From a virus (taxonomy: Duplodnaviria > Caudoviricetes), in IMG/VR virus record IMGVR_UViG_3300038829_000258, positions 1-39,665 of that record: a DNA stretch of 39,665 nucleotides; one strand, given 5' to 3'. This document shows positions 1 through 8,293 of the stretch, in pieces. Made by a program: the position numbers and the translations under genes. Positions within the stretch are counted from its first letter, which is position 1, and each line of letters opens with the position of its first letter. Under the pieces are notes generated by a model. The model searched no databases. It was not told the origin of the DNA and was given only the letters and a program-made list of their open reading frames with translations.

Positions 1-984
1 TTAGGCCGCTTTTTTGCGGCCGGCCCTGCCCCGCCCCTGCCCCGCCGCCGCCGACTTGGCCGCGATCCGACCCACGGCGCGCTGCAGGTCTGCCGTCCCA
101 AGGTGGGCATAGCGCCCGGTCGGCTGCAAGCTGGAGTGGCCGAGCAGGTCGCGCACGGCTGTGATCGGAGCGCCCGACTGGACCAGCCAGCTCGCGTAGG
201 TATGGCGCAGGTCGTGGAAGCGAATGTGCGGCATCCTGGCGCGCGCGCGGGCACGGTCGAAGCCCTTGCGCAGCTCGTCGACCGTGAGCTGGAGCGGCAG
301 GCGGATCTTCTGAGCCTCGGCCGGCAGTGGCACCAGGCGCGGCCGGCCGTTCTTGCTGTCTGGCAGGTGGAGCGCGCCGTCGCGCCGATCGCCGGCGGAC
401 AGGCGCAGCAGCTCGCCCTTGCGCAGGCCGGAGGTCGCGGCGAGCACGATGGTGTCGGCGACGCGCCGATCGCGCGCGGCGCCGGCGAGCTTCTTCACGT
501 CTTCCGGCGTGAGGTAAACGTGGCGCGACTTCTCGCCGGGTAGAAGGCGCACGCGGCGGCCGAGATCCTCTTCGAGCCACATCCATTGCGTGTAGGCGAG
601 ATTGGCGACGCGGCGCAGGATGGCCAGGCGCCGGTTGATGGTGGCGGGCGTGAGGCCATCATCGAGGCCTGCGCTCTTGACCGCTTCTGCGGCCTCGGCG
701 ACATCGACCAGCGCGCGGCCCTTGATGTGCGGCAGCAGCGTGCGGACCTTGTTCTTCAGGTTGGCGAGAGTGCGCAGCGCGCGCGCCTCGCCGGTCAGCC
801 AGCGTTCGAGCGCTTCCTCGATGCTGTAGCGCGGTGTGCGGCCAACTCGACGATCGGCGATCCGGTTGCGGTTGAGCCGTTCCCATTCGAGCGCTTCCGG
901 CCTGGTCCCAAAAGTGCGGCTAGACCGATCCCCAGCGTGCTGCACTCGCGCTTCCCAACCTTTACCGTGTCGTCGGACTGGCAT
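1..984 (-). CDS. int: Tyrosine recombinase / phage integrase
   Basis: Catalytic R (SGLRKGE), K (SKNG), HxLR (FHDLRH), LGH and Y (RYAH) motifs. Confidence 0.95.
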   Translation of the reverse strand: MPVRRHGKGWEARVQHAGDRSSRTFGTRPEALEWERLNRNRIADRRVGRTPRYSIEEALERWLTGEARALRTLANLKNKVRTLLPHIKGRALVDVAEAAEAVKSAGLDDGLTPATINRRLAILRRVANLAYTQWMWLEEDLGRRVRLLPGEKSRHVYLTPEDVKKLAGAARDRRVADTIVLAATSGLRKGELLRLSAGDRRDGALHLPDSKNGRPRLVPLPAEAQKIRLPLQLTVDELRKGFDRARARARMPHIRFHDLRHTYASWLVQSGAPITAVRDLLGHSSLQPTGRYAHLGTADLQRAVGRIAAKSAAAGQGRGRAGRKKAA

Positions 985-1163
985 GAAGTCGAAACCCTGT
1001 TGCGTTGGCGATAGTCGTCGAGGGCGGCGGCCGGGATGCGCACCAGCCGCCGGACTTTTACCGCGCCGAGGTTGCCGGCGTCAACTTCGCGCCGCACCGT
1101 GCGCGGCGAGACGTTGAGCTGCGCAGCGGCTTGCTCGATGGTGAGGTCGGGCTGGGCGCTCAT
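795..1163 (-). CDS. xis: Excisionase (HTH_17/MerR-like DNA-binding protein)
   Basis: LTIEQAAAQLNVSPRTVRR...GAVKVRRLVRIP motif; directly upstream of and overlapping int. Confidence 0.8.
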   Translation of the reverse strand: MSAQPDLTIEQAAAQLNVSPRTVRREVDAGNLGAVKVRRLVRIPAAALDDYRQRNRVSTSCQSDDTVKVGKRECSTLGIGLAALLGPGRKRSNGNGSTATGSPIVELAAHRATASRKRSNAG

Positions 1164-1780
1164 GCGCGTTTAAACTCCACAACCCACACCCACGGATTCG
1201 CTGCTGCATGTCCCCGTCCGTTGATGTGATCCCACAGCGCGATGTAGTTCAGCTCCGGCCAGTGCGATGGCGTGATCCACTTCGGCGGCGGCTGCTGCTC
1301 GGCCGCCCAGCAGACGCCTTCCGCAGCGGCGTCCTTGCGGCTGATTGAATGTAGGCGCTCCACGCGCACGTCGGTCACATCGAGGACCAGGCGGCAGAGC
1401 GCTCGCGGCATGTGAATCCCGGGTGTCCACCGGCACGCTGCTTCGCCATCGGCGCGGTAGAGCACGCGCGCCGCCGCAGCTTGGCGCGCATCGCAGAACG
1501 TCTCGCGCACCCAAAGTCTGTCGCCGAGCTCGCCGTAGGGGCACCACGACAGCCACGATCCCAGCGGGGCGTGCGCGCCGTCCTCGGCGAATGGCCAGCC
1601 CCACGACATCGGATCGTTGGCCGCGCCGGAGAACTGATCACTGTGCAGGCGCAGGTTCACGAGCGGCCACTTGCCGGACCTGCCGAGCGGCCCGACAACC
1701 CGCCGCGTTTGCGTCTTCCGCCCGGCGAGAATCGCCTGCACCATCGGGCCGCTGAACAGGATCGGGCGCTCTTTCATCAT
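1160..1780 (-). CDS. ASCH/PUA-like conserved phage protein
   Basis: MKERPILFSGPMVQAILAGRKTQTRR, CPYG..GDRLWVRET, PGIHMPR and NPWVWVVEF motifs; start reassigned to the ATG overlapping the upstream stop. Confidence 0.8.
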   Translation of the reverse strand: MMKERPILFSGPMVQAILAGRKTQTRRVVGPLGRSGKWPLVNLRLHSDQFSGAANDPMSWGWPFAEDGAHAPLGSWLSWCPYGELGDRLWVRETFCDARQAAAARVLYRADGEAACRWTPGIHMPRALCRLVLDVTDVRVERLHSISRKDAAAEGVCWAAEQQPPPKWITPSHWPELNYIALWDHINGRGHAAANPWVWVVEFKRA

Positions 1781-2349
1781 CGGACCGCCTCCACATGCCG
1801 CTCCGCCGCCTTGATCGTGCGCGCGGGCGCGTCGCGCAGCCGATCGCGCCAGGTGTCCGAAAACACTGGCTCGAAGACCTGGCGCAGCTCGCGGTGCGTG
1901 CGCGGCCGGACCTGCTGGAGCAGATCCGGGTTCGTAACGAACACGCGGAACATCTCGGCGAACCACTCCGCATCGTTCGGGCAGTAGGACGTGATCGGCT
2001 TCTCGCCGGCGACCTGCCTGAGCCTGATGCCGAAGTCGCCGTAGTAGTTGCCGCGCCGCGTGCTGCGCTCGACGTCGACGTGGTGGCCCAGCTCGTGCTG
2101 CACGACGCCGTAGGGCGTGCGGTCCACGGTGTAGCCCGGGTAGGACCAGGCGCGGCCGGCTACGCCGATCGCGGCGCACTTCGGTACGCAGATGTGGATC
2201 GTGGCGGGGCGGTAGTAGGCGCACACGCCGAACGACCATGAAGCTGGGCTCGCCTCGTTGACCTCCGGCTGCCGGAGGGAATTGAGGGTGCAGAAGTCCA
2301 CCATCAGCTTCACGCCTGCCACCAGCAGGTTGGGCTTTGAAATGTTCAC
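1777..2349 (-). CDS. Putative zincin-type metallopeptidase
   Basis: HELGH (HExxH) plus downstream EWFAE; GTG start overlaps the ThiF stop (GTGA). Confidence 0.6.
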   Translation of the reverse strand: MNISKPNLLVAGVKLMVDFCTLNSLRQPEVNEASPASWSFGVCAYYRPATIHICVPKCAAIGVAGRAWSYPGYTVDRTPYGVVQHELGHHVDVERSTRRGNYYGDFGIRLRQVAGEKPITSYCPNDAEWFAEMFRVFVTNPDLLQQVRPRTHRELRQVFEPVFSDTWRDRLRDAPARTIKAAERHVEAVR

Positions 2350-3224
2350 AGGCATCCTTCCTTGCTTCTCGCGGTCTTAGGGCGCGGCGTGTAGCCGAAT
2401 CGTTCCCACGCCGCGAGGTCGCACCGAAGCGGCGTGATCCGGCCGGAGGCGGCGTTCACGAACACGCCGTGGTAGTCGGTCTGCTTGTGGCGGAAGAGCT
2501 GCCAGAGGAGCTGCAGGGCCTGGCTGGCCACGAGCTGGTTGATGAAAAGCTCTTGGCGCCCGAGGGCCTCGGCGAGGGAGCAGCTCGGCGCGCGGTCCGC
2601 GCGATCCAGGCGGTTCGCGGCGCGGCCGGACGTTTCGCCCGCGAAGAGGTCGGTGAACATCGGCAGCCGGCCCCACATGCGGCGATGCTTGCGGTTCATC
2701 GGAGGCACGCCGAGGATCACCTGGCCGTCCGCAGCGCGGTTGCCGAGGTCCATCCAGTAGAAGGGCGTGCCGTGGCGGCCGGAGAACATGCTGCCGCCGG
2801 ACGGGTCGAGCACGTCCGCGATCATGCTGCGCGCCGCGCGGGTATCGACGCACGAGATCAGGATCCCGGTGTTGGCGTCGCGCTTCACGCGCCCCCAGTG
2901 TTCCGGCTCGGCGTACCAATCCAGCCCGAAGAAGCTGTTGAGGCGGTGGACCAGCACGGTGGCCTTGTTGCGGCCGACGTCGGCCGGGGAGAAGAGCTGG
3001 CGGCCGACGTTCGCGGGCGAGACGGCGTCGCCGTCGAACACCGCGACGAAGAGGCCCGGGTGGCCCAGCGCGCGCAGCGCCAGGTGCAGGCGGGCGAGGC
3101 CGGTGAGCATCTGGCTGCCGTTGCCGCCGCAGCCGACCAGGCTGACGTGGACTCGCTCGTCGAGAAGCCGTGGATGGATGCAGTGGAGGAACGGGCCTTC
3201 TGGCTTGCGCTCGTCGTATCTCAT
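2346..3224 (-). CDS. PRTRC-system ThiF/E1-like adenylating enzyme
   Basis: VGCGGNGS nucleotide-binding loop, DGDxVSxANVGRQLF, ISCVDT, WMDLGN, PSCSLAEAL (putative catalytic Cys). Confidence 0.88.
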   Translation of the reverse strand: MRYDERKPEGPFLHCIHPRLLDERVHVSLVGCGGNGSQMLTGLARLHLALRALGHPGLFVAVFDGDAVSPANVGRQLFSPADVGRNKATVLVHRLNSFFGLDWYAEPEHWGRVKRDANTGILISCVDTRAARSMIADVLDPSGGSMFSGRHGTPFYWMDLGNRAADGQVILGVPPMNRKHRRMWGRLPMFTDLFAGETSGRAANRLDRADRAPSCSLAEALGRQELFINQLVASQALQLLWQLFRHKQTDYHGVFVNAASGRITPLRCDLAAWERFGYTPRPKTARSKEGCL

Positions 3225-3817
3225 GCGCTTTCCTCGATGAACATGCCGAGCAGGCACAGCCGGCGGGCGTACGTGAGCTCCTGGTCGACGTTGCCGATCA
3301 CCACCGAATACTTGACCTCGCCGGCGTCGTCCTCGTCGTCGGTGCCGGAGAAGCAGGCGCCGATCGCGCCGTGCGAGTGGATGTCGATCGCAAGGTGCAG
3401 GTGATCCTGCAGGCGTGGGCGCTCCAGATCCACGCTTCCAGGCGTTGCCGCCGTGGCGATCAGGGGCCAGTAGTCGAGCTTGCCAGTTCTTTCGTCGTAC
3501 ACGCCCCACGCGGCGCACTCGTTGGGGAAGGCGCGCGCCGCGTCGTGGAGGAAGCGGTGCTCGATCTCCTCGAGATCGGGCTGCGCGAAGGCGTACGTGA
3601 TCCTCTGCTCCACAGGCCCGTACGGCAGCGGGATCTCCGCCGCGGCGACGGGTACCCGCGCGTGGAGCCACGGCCGCAGCACTTCGAGCCAGAGGCCGTC
3701 GCGCGCGGCGAGGTAGCGGTGCCCCGGCTTCTCGGGCAGGGCCAGCGCGCCGAAGCTCGGCACCATCACCACGGGCACGTGGGCCTGCAGCACCTGGTCG
3801 CGTCGATCGAGCGTCAT
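3221..3817 (-). CDS. PRTRC-system protein A (JAB/JAMM metallo-isopeptidase)
   Basis: NECAAW (Glu) and IHSHG...FSGTDDEDD JAMM motif; N-terminal GHRYLAARDGLWLEV typical of PRTRC-A. Confidence 0.85.
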   Translation of the reverse strand: MTLDRRDQVLQAHVPVVMVPSFGALALPEKPGHRYLAARDGLWLEVLRPWLHARVPVAAAEIPLPYGPVEQRITYAFAQPDLEEIEHRFLHDAARAFPNECAAWGVYDERTGKLDYWPLIATAATPGSVDLERPRLQDHLHLAIDIHSHGAIGACFSGTDDEDDAGEVKYSVVIGNVDQELTYARRLCLLGMFIEESA

Positions 3818-4575
3818 TTCCCTTCCCTCTCGAACGAGCGGAGCAGCGACTCCAGGGTGTGCCTGCCGTGGGGCCGGAGCGAGGCCTCGGGGAAGGTCTT
3901 GTGCTTGCCGTCGAGCAGGTCGCGCCACAGCGCATGCACGCCGCCGCGGTACAGGGTGAGCGCCTTGTCGCTGGCGTTGGGGTGCGTGAAACGGGAATGG
4001 AAGAACGCCCGCTCGAACTGCGCCAGCGTGTCGGGCGACACGCGCTCAGGCCTGCGGACGTTGCCTTCGCAGATCGCGCCGTCCTCGTGGACGTTGAAGT
4101 GCGGCGCGCGGAAGAGCTGCGTGTCGGGCCGCGGCCGCGCGGCGCCCTTGACCGCGTACACGTGCCAGCGGCCCTCCACGAGCATGTGGACCAGGCCGGG
4201 CTGGTGCAGGCGCCCGGTGCGGTTGCCGATGTGGCGCCTGGCGTTCTTCTCGTCGATCGTCTCGAAGAACATCGTCGCGACCGCCGGCGCGCGCCACCAG
4301 GCGACGGTGCGCGGCCCGACGAACAGGATCTCGGGCGCGATCCACCCGTTGAAGGCGGCGCGGTCTGTCATGGCGCGCGCGAAGATCTCGCAGGCCTTGG
4401 CGGTCGCCGGCCGGCCGGGGCAGAGGCGGGGGCCGCCCTTCCGGTTGCGCTCGATGTCGTGCACGGTCGCGTACACGTTCTTGTCGCCCATGCCGGTGCG
4501 CGACGTGTAGAGCAGGATCGCCGAGTCGAGTTCGTACCTGGAGGTTCCGCCCGAGCGGACGGTGACGTCAGACAT
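3814..4575 (-). CDS. PRTRC-system protein B (prokaryotic E2 family D)
   Basis: AILLY..ATVH, VAWWRAP, PGLV, LFRAPHFNV..DGAICEGN (putative active Cys), FFHSRFTHPN. Confidence 0.85.
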   Translation of the reverse strand: MSDVTVRSGGTSRYELDSAILLYTSRTGMGDKNVYATVHDIERNRKGGPRLCPGRPATAKACEIFARAMTDRAAFNGWIAPEILFVGPRTVAWWRAPAVATMFFETIDEKNARRHIGNRTGRLHQPGLVHMLVEGRWHVYAVKGAARPRPDTQLFRAPHFNVHEDGAICEGNVRRPERVSPDTLAQFERAFFHSRFTHPNASDKALTLYRGGVHALWRDLLDGKHKTFPEASLRPHGRHTLESLLRSFEREGK

Positions 4576-5503
4576 TTTTCTGCTCTCCTTCAAGGATCAG
4601 GACCAGGGCATCGACGGCGCGCAGGACGGGCGCAGTCTTCGCGATCGACGTGAGGAAGTACTCCAGCACGGGCCCGATCGAGGCCGCCGAGCGCGCCGCG
4701 TTGGTCATGTGAAAGAGCGAGCGCTGCTCCTCCTGGCGCTGGTTGCGGTAGGCGTCGAGGAGCTGCATGTGCCCGCTTTTGTAGTCGTACGACTTCTCGC
4801 AGTGGACGATCAGCGGGAAGGTGGTGAGTTGCCCCGAGGTCGTCGGCAGCTTCAGCTCGCGGATCTTCGCCACCGCGTCCTCCACGGCCAGGATGGCGCG
4901 CGCGAGCCTGGCGGGGAACTGCGCGCCCGAACGCTTGGTGATGCGCTGGAGCGATTCGCGCGGCAGCATGGCCGGGCTCAGCATCCATGCCGCGTACTTG
5001 CCCAGGTACTCGACCATGAACTTCCGGCCGGCCGCCATGCGCAGCATCGTTTCGGGGAGCAGGATGGGCACCGACGCGTCCGCGGCATGCGCCAGCGCGC
5101 TGAGCGCGGATTGACCGAGGCCGGTCACCTGTTCCGCGGCGCGCAACCCTTTGCCCAGCGCGCACTGCGTCGGGGCGCCGGATTTCGCATTCAGGTCGAT
5201 GCGAAAGGACCCGTCCTCGTCCTCCTTGTATTCCACCCTGAAGCGGTAGACGCTCCGGCCGCCGTGCATGCGCGCCGCGAGCGTGGTGGCCTGCGGATCG
5301 CCCGGCTTGTACTGGAGTTCCTTCAGCCAGCCGTCCAGCACGCGCGCGATCACGGGAGCGGCAATGGTTTCGCTGCCGGCGTGGTGCCCGTACGTGCCGT
5401 CCAGCATGGCAAGGGCAACCTTCGCGGACACCGGCGACGCGTGATAGACCGTGTACGCGCGCGGGGCCCGGCCAAGCTCCGGCAGTTCGAGGACGGCGTT
5501 CAC
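4568..5503 (-). CDS. Divergent PRTRC protein F-like protein
   Basis: Position between protein C and protein B, ~310 aa, N-terminal LELPEL..P motif; similarity weak by eye. Confidence 0.45.
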   Translation of the reverse strand: MNAVLELPELGRAPRAYTVYHASPVSAKVALAMLDGTYGHHAGSETIAAPVIARVLDGWLKELQYKPGDPQATTLAARMHGGRSVYRFRVEYKEDEDGSFRIDLNAKSGAPTQCALGKGLRAAEQVTGLGQSALSALAHAADASVPILLPETMLRMAAGRKFMVEYLGKYAAWMLSPAMLPRESLQRITKRSGAQFPARLARAILAVEDAVAKIRELKLPTTSGQLTTFPLIVHCEKSYDYKSGHMQLLDAYRNQRQEEQRSLFHMTNAARSAASIGPVLEYFLTSIAKTAPVLRAVDALVLILEGEQKNV

Positions 5504-5751
5504 GGCAGAGGCGGCAGCGCTTCGGGTGCGGCGAAGATCAGGCCTTCGCCCGGCACCGTGATCGGGGCGTCCTCGGCTTCGTTTTCGTCCACGCCGTAGT
5601 CCGTCTGCATCGACTCGCGCACCAGCTCCGCGCAGGCCTGCGCGAACGGCGCCGCGGCGGCATGCTCCTCCGGCAGCACGGCGTTGCCGCGCGGGCGCTT
5701 CGCCTGGCCGGTGGCGAGCGCCTGGAGCTTGGCGCGTGCTTCTGTGCTCAC
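5500..5751 (-). CDS. Small hypothetical protein inside the PRTRC cassette
   Basis: GTG start overlaps the Ubl stop; its stop overlaps the F-like start; acidic and Pro-rich C-terminus. Confidence 0.55.
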   Translation of the reverse strand: MSTEARAKLQALATGQAKRPRGNAVLPEEHAAAAPFAQACAELVRESMQTDYGVDENEAEDAPITVPGEGLIFAAPEALPPLP

Positions 5752-6140
5752 GCTGCTCTCCGCGCGCGCCAGGCCTTCTGGCATTCCCTGCAGTGACGGT
5801 GCAGCCCGGCGGGGCCGGTTCCCTTGCTGAAGGCCGGCAACGGCTTGTCCACCTTGCAGCCCGCGCAGCGCTTCACGTCAACGCCGTCCACCAACTTCGG
5901 GAAGGCCTTGCGCGCGGCCGGGCGCGGCACGAAGTTGTATCCCTTAGTCCCGACAGCGCGCCGGAACGTGTACACGCGCTTGCCGTCCTTCAGCTCGGGG
6001 CCCTCGATCGCGGCGCTGACGATCTCGGGGTAGGTTGCCGAGTAGAGGTTGCGGACGTCGACGGCGTCGTGCTCGGGGCCCGGGTCTTCGAGCTCGATGT
6101 TGTTGTAGCGGAAAACGCGGGGCAGCTTGTCGTGGCTCAT
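5748..6140 (-). CDS. PRTRC protein C (ubiquitin-like) fused to a C-terminal CxxC...CxxC zinc finger
   Basis: RVFRYNNIELEDP...YSATYPEI..A.IEGP...YTFRRAVGTKG (Gly67) followed by KRCAGC..KPLPAF...HCRECQK. Confidence 0.82.
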   Translation of the reverse strand: MSHDKLPRVFRYNNIELEDPGPEHDAVDVRNLYSATYPEIVSAAIEGPELKDGKRVYTFRRAVGTKGYNFVPRPAARKAFPKLVDGVDVKRCAGCKVDKPLPAFSKGTGPAGLHRHCRECQKAWRARRAA

Positions 6141-7075
6141 GTGGACTCCGAGGTCTTCGGTGCGTCAAGGGTCGCGGAGTCCGGCTTGGCTTCCTCTGCG
6201 GCTCTGGCTGCCGCCTCGGCCTTCGTCTCCACCTGGATCTCGCGCTTCTCGGCGTCGATCGACACGACGGTGAAGAAGCCGGCGCTGCAGTTGAACGGAT
6301 CGCCCGGTTTCTTCTCGAAGATGGTGGCGCCGAGCGTCTTGCCCTTGGCCTTCACGGTCCACGGGCCCGGCGGCGCTGGCTTCGTGGGCTTGGGCTTGGA
6401 CTTGGGCGCTGCCGCTGCCGGTACCTTCGGGGCCTTCGCCGGCTTCGCAGCGCTGGTCTTCGCTGCCGCGGGCGCCTTCTCGCCCAGGCACGCGGCGCGC
6501 AGCTTGGCGAAGTTGGTGATCCGTTCGTAGCGCCGGCCGATCTTCTTGATCAGGCCCTCGCGGTCGAGGCTCGGGTTCGCCTTGAAGAGCGGCTTGGCCT
6601 GGTTGATCAGGTCCTCCAGCGCGGAGTTCTGGCCTGGCCTTGCGCGGGGAGCGGAGCGCTTGGGTGCGGCGCGCTTGGGTGTGGAGCGTTTAAACGATGC
6701 CGGCTTCTTAGCGGCCGGTTTCTTCTTCGCCGTCTTCCGCACGGCTTTTGCCTTGGCTACCGGGGCCGTAACACCCGGGCGGCCGTAGATCTCGCTCCGC
6801 ACGTGGAGCATGGCGGCGAGGTTGATCACGTCGACCATGTCGCCCTTGTCCACATGCTCGCGAAGCGAGGCGCGCAGGTCGGCGTCGATCTCGGGCTTGG
6901 GCTGGTGCCACCCGCCGCGGCCGTCCAGGCGTTTCTTCGCCAGCTTCTCGGTCATGGCCTTGCCGGCCAGGTCCACCAGCATGGCGTCGGCCTTCTCGTC
7001 GGCGAGCGCGCTGATGAAGGTGGAGAGTGACGCGGACGGTTGCGGCAGGGCGGCGTCGCTCGGTTTCTTTTTCAT
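6137..7075 (-). CDS. Lys/Ala/Pro-rich (histone H1-like) protein with N-terminal helical phage domain
   Basis: SD AGAAAGGA; N-terminal AMTEKLAKKR..GRGGW...EHVDKGDMVDVINLAAML; AKKKPAAKK/AKPAKAPK repeats. Confidence 0.65.
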   Translation of the reverse strand: MKKKPSDAALPQPSASLSTFISALADEKADAMLVDLAGKAMTEKLAKKRLDGRGGWHQPKPEIDADLRASLREHVDKGDMVDVINLAAMLHVRSEIYGRPGVTAPVAKAKAVRKTAKKKPAAKKPASFKRSTPKRAAPKRSAPRARPGQNSALEDLINQAKPLFKANPSLDREGLIKKIGRRYERITNFAKLRAACLGEKAPAAAKTSAAKPAKAPKVPAAAAPKSKPKPTKPAPPGPWTVKAKGKTLGATIFEKKPGDPFNCSAGFFTVVSIDAEKREIQVETKAEAAARAAEEAKPDSATLDAPKTSEST

Positions 7076-7347
7076 GGCGTTCCTTTCTGTGGAGCGGGTT
7101 TGCGGGTGAACCATCGGGCATGCACGTAGATGCTCGATGTGATGCCGGTGACGCCGCCGAGGAGGTAGGCGGCGCACTGGGTGACGCTGGCCTCGGGCAG
7201 GATCTTGTAGAGGACGAGGCTCGCGCCGCCGATGAACAGGCTGGTGATCGCGGCCATGACGTACTGGCCCTGATTCACGTTGCGGCTCTGGAAGCCGAGC
7301 GCGAAGACGGTGATGAAGGTGGAGGCGAAGAGCATCAGCTCGGTCAT
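7072..7347 (-). CDS. Small membrane protein (about 3 TM)
   Basis: Three hydrophobic segments; ATGA overlaps at both ends. Confidence 0.7.
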   Translation of the reverse strand: MTELMLFASTFITVFALGFQSRNVNQGQYVMAAITSLFIGGASLVLYKILPEASVTQCAAYLLGGVTGITSSIYVHARWFTRKPAPQKGTP

Positions 7348-7619
7348 GGCGTGCCCGGCACCCACCGCTGCACCAGCTTGAGCAGGCCTGCCGGCGAGCG
7401 GCTCTTGCCGAGCTTCGTGGTGGGCTGTTGGAACATCGCCTGCCGGTAGAGCAGGTACACGGGCACCTGGTGGCCCTTCACGGTGTCTTGCTTCTCCACG
7501 ACGAACATGTGGTGCTGGCCGGCGAGCTGCCGCGCCTCCCACAGGATCTGATGCGGCAGCGGCTTGGCCTTCTTCTCCCGCTTCGCGCGCGCCGGGGCGG
7601 GATGGTCAGCCAGTTCCAC
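7344..7619 (-). CDS. Hypothetical protein
   Basis: Fits the chain of overlapping leftward ORFs; SD GGAGG-like context not clear. Confidence 0.55.
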   Translation of the reverse strand: MELADHPAPARAKREKKAKPLPHQILWEARQLAGQHHMFVVEKQDTVKGHQVPVYLLYRQAMFQQPTTKLGKSRSPAGLLKLVQRWVPGTP

Positions 7620-7794
7620 CGACGGCCTTCTTGTACGAGCGCTCCGCGTGCGCCGCGAACACGCGGCGGGAATCCTGCAGATACTGCTCGGTGGCGGCGA
7701 TGATCACGGCCTCGGGGCTGAGGTCGCGCAGCTCGGCGTAGCGCCGCAACGTCTCGTCCAGCTGCGCCGGGAGCCTGACGTTGCGGCCTCTCAT
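7606..7794 (-). CDS. Ribbon-helix-helix (CopG/Arc-like) protein
   Basis: RNVRLPAQLDETLRRYAELRDLSPEAVIIAATEQYL strand-helix-helix pattern. Confidence 0.65.
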   Translation of the reverse strand: MRGRNVRLPAQLDETLRRYAELRDLSPEAVIIAATEQYLQDSRRVFAAHAERSYKKAVGGTG

Positions 7795-8063
7795 GCGCCG
7801 CCCGGCACTTTCAGCACGCGCCGCTCCACGCAGTGGAGCTTCCAGTCGCCGGCGTCGGCGCGCTTGGCCAGCGTGTCCATGCCGCGGCGCTCGCAGCGCG
7901 CGGACCAGATCACCGTCTCGGTGGTCTTCTGCCGGCGCGCGACGCGGGCGAGCTTCTCCTCGGTCCACGTTTCGATGGCGTCGGCGGCGTCGTGCGTGTT
8001 GGCGTGCATGCTGGCGAGGACCAGCACCAGCGCGCCGAGGATGGTGTTCACGAGTCGCCTCAC
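7791..8063 (-). CDS. Hypothetical membrane-anchored/secreted protein
   Basis: N-terminal hydrophobic stretch; GTGA overlap with the upstream gene. Confidence 0.55.
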   Translation of the reverse strand: MRRLVNTILGALVLVLASMHANTHDAADAIETWTEEKLARVARRQKTTETVIWSARCERRGMDTLAKRADAGDWKLHCVERRVLKVPGGA

Positions 8064-8251
8064 CGGCCGATGCTCCAGGTGGAGGCCCACGCGGCGAGGT
8101 CGGGCAGCGCCCACAGGAACAGGCCGAACACTCCGAACGCCAGCGCGGTCGCGAGCAGCACGACGCGGACGCTGGCCGGTTCGCGTGGCACGCGATCGGC
8201 GGGGAGGGTGAAGTCGTAGGGCGTACCGTGCGGGGTGCGGTCGCGGGTCAT
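8060..8251 (-). CDS. Small single-TM protein
   Basis: SD CAGGAG before ATG; hydrophobic VVLLATALAFGVFGLFLWAL. Confidence 0.6.
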   Translation of the reverse strand: MTRDRTPHGTPYDFTLPADRVPREPASVRVVLLATALAFGVFGLFLWALPDLAAWASTWSIGR

Positions 8252-8293
8252 GGCTGGCTCCTGTCGTAGACTTGGGGGACGGAGGGAACCGCC

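Noticed and set aside
1160-2239. 359-aa version of the ASCH-like ORF
   Set aside because: The upstream part overlaps the HExxH gene; the family motif begins at MKERPILF (1780/1777)
2346-3935. 529-aa ThiF ORF as listed in the ORF track
   Set aside because: The N-terminal ~237 aa overlap the JAB gene in another frame and read as GC-rich shadow sequence; the true start is probably 3224
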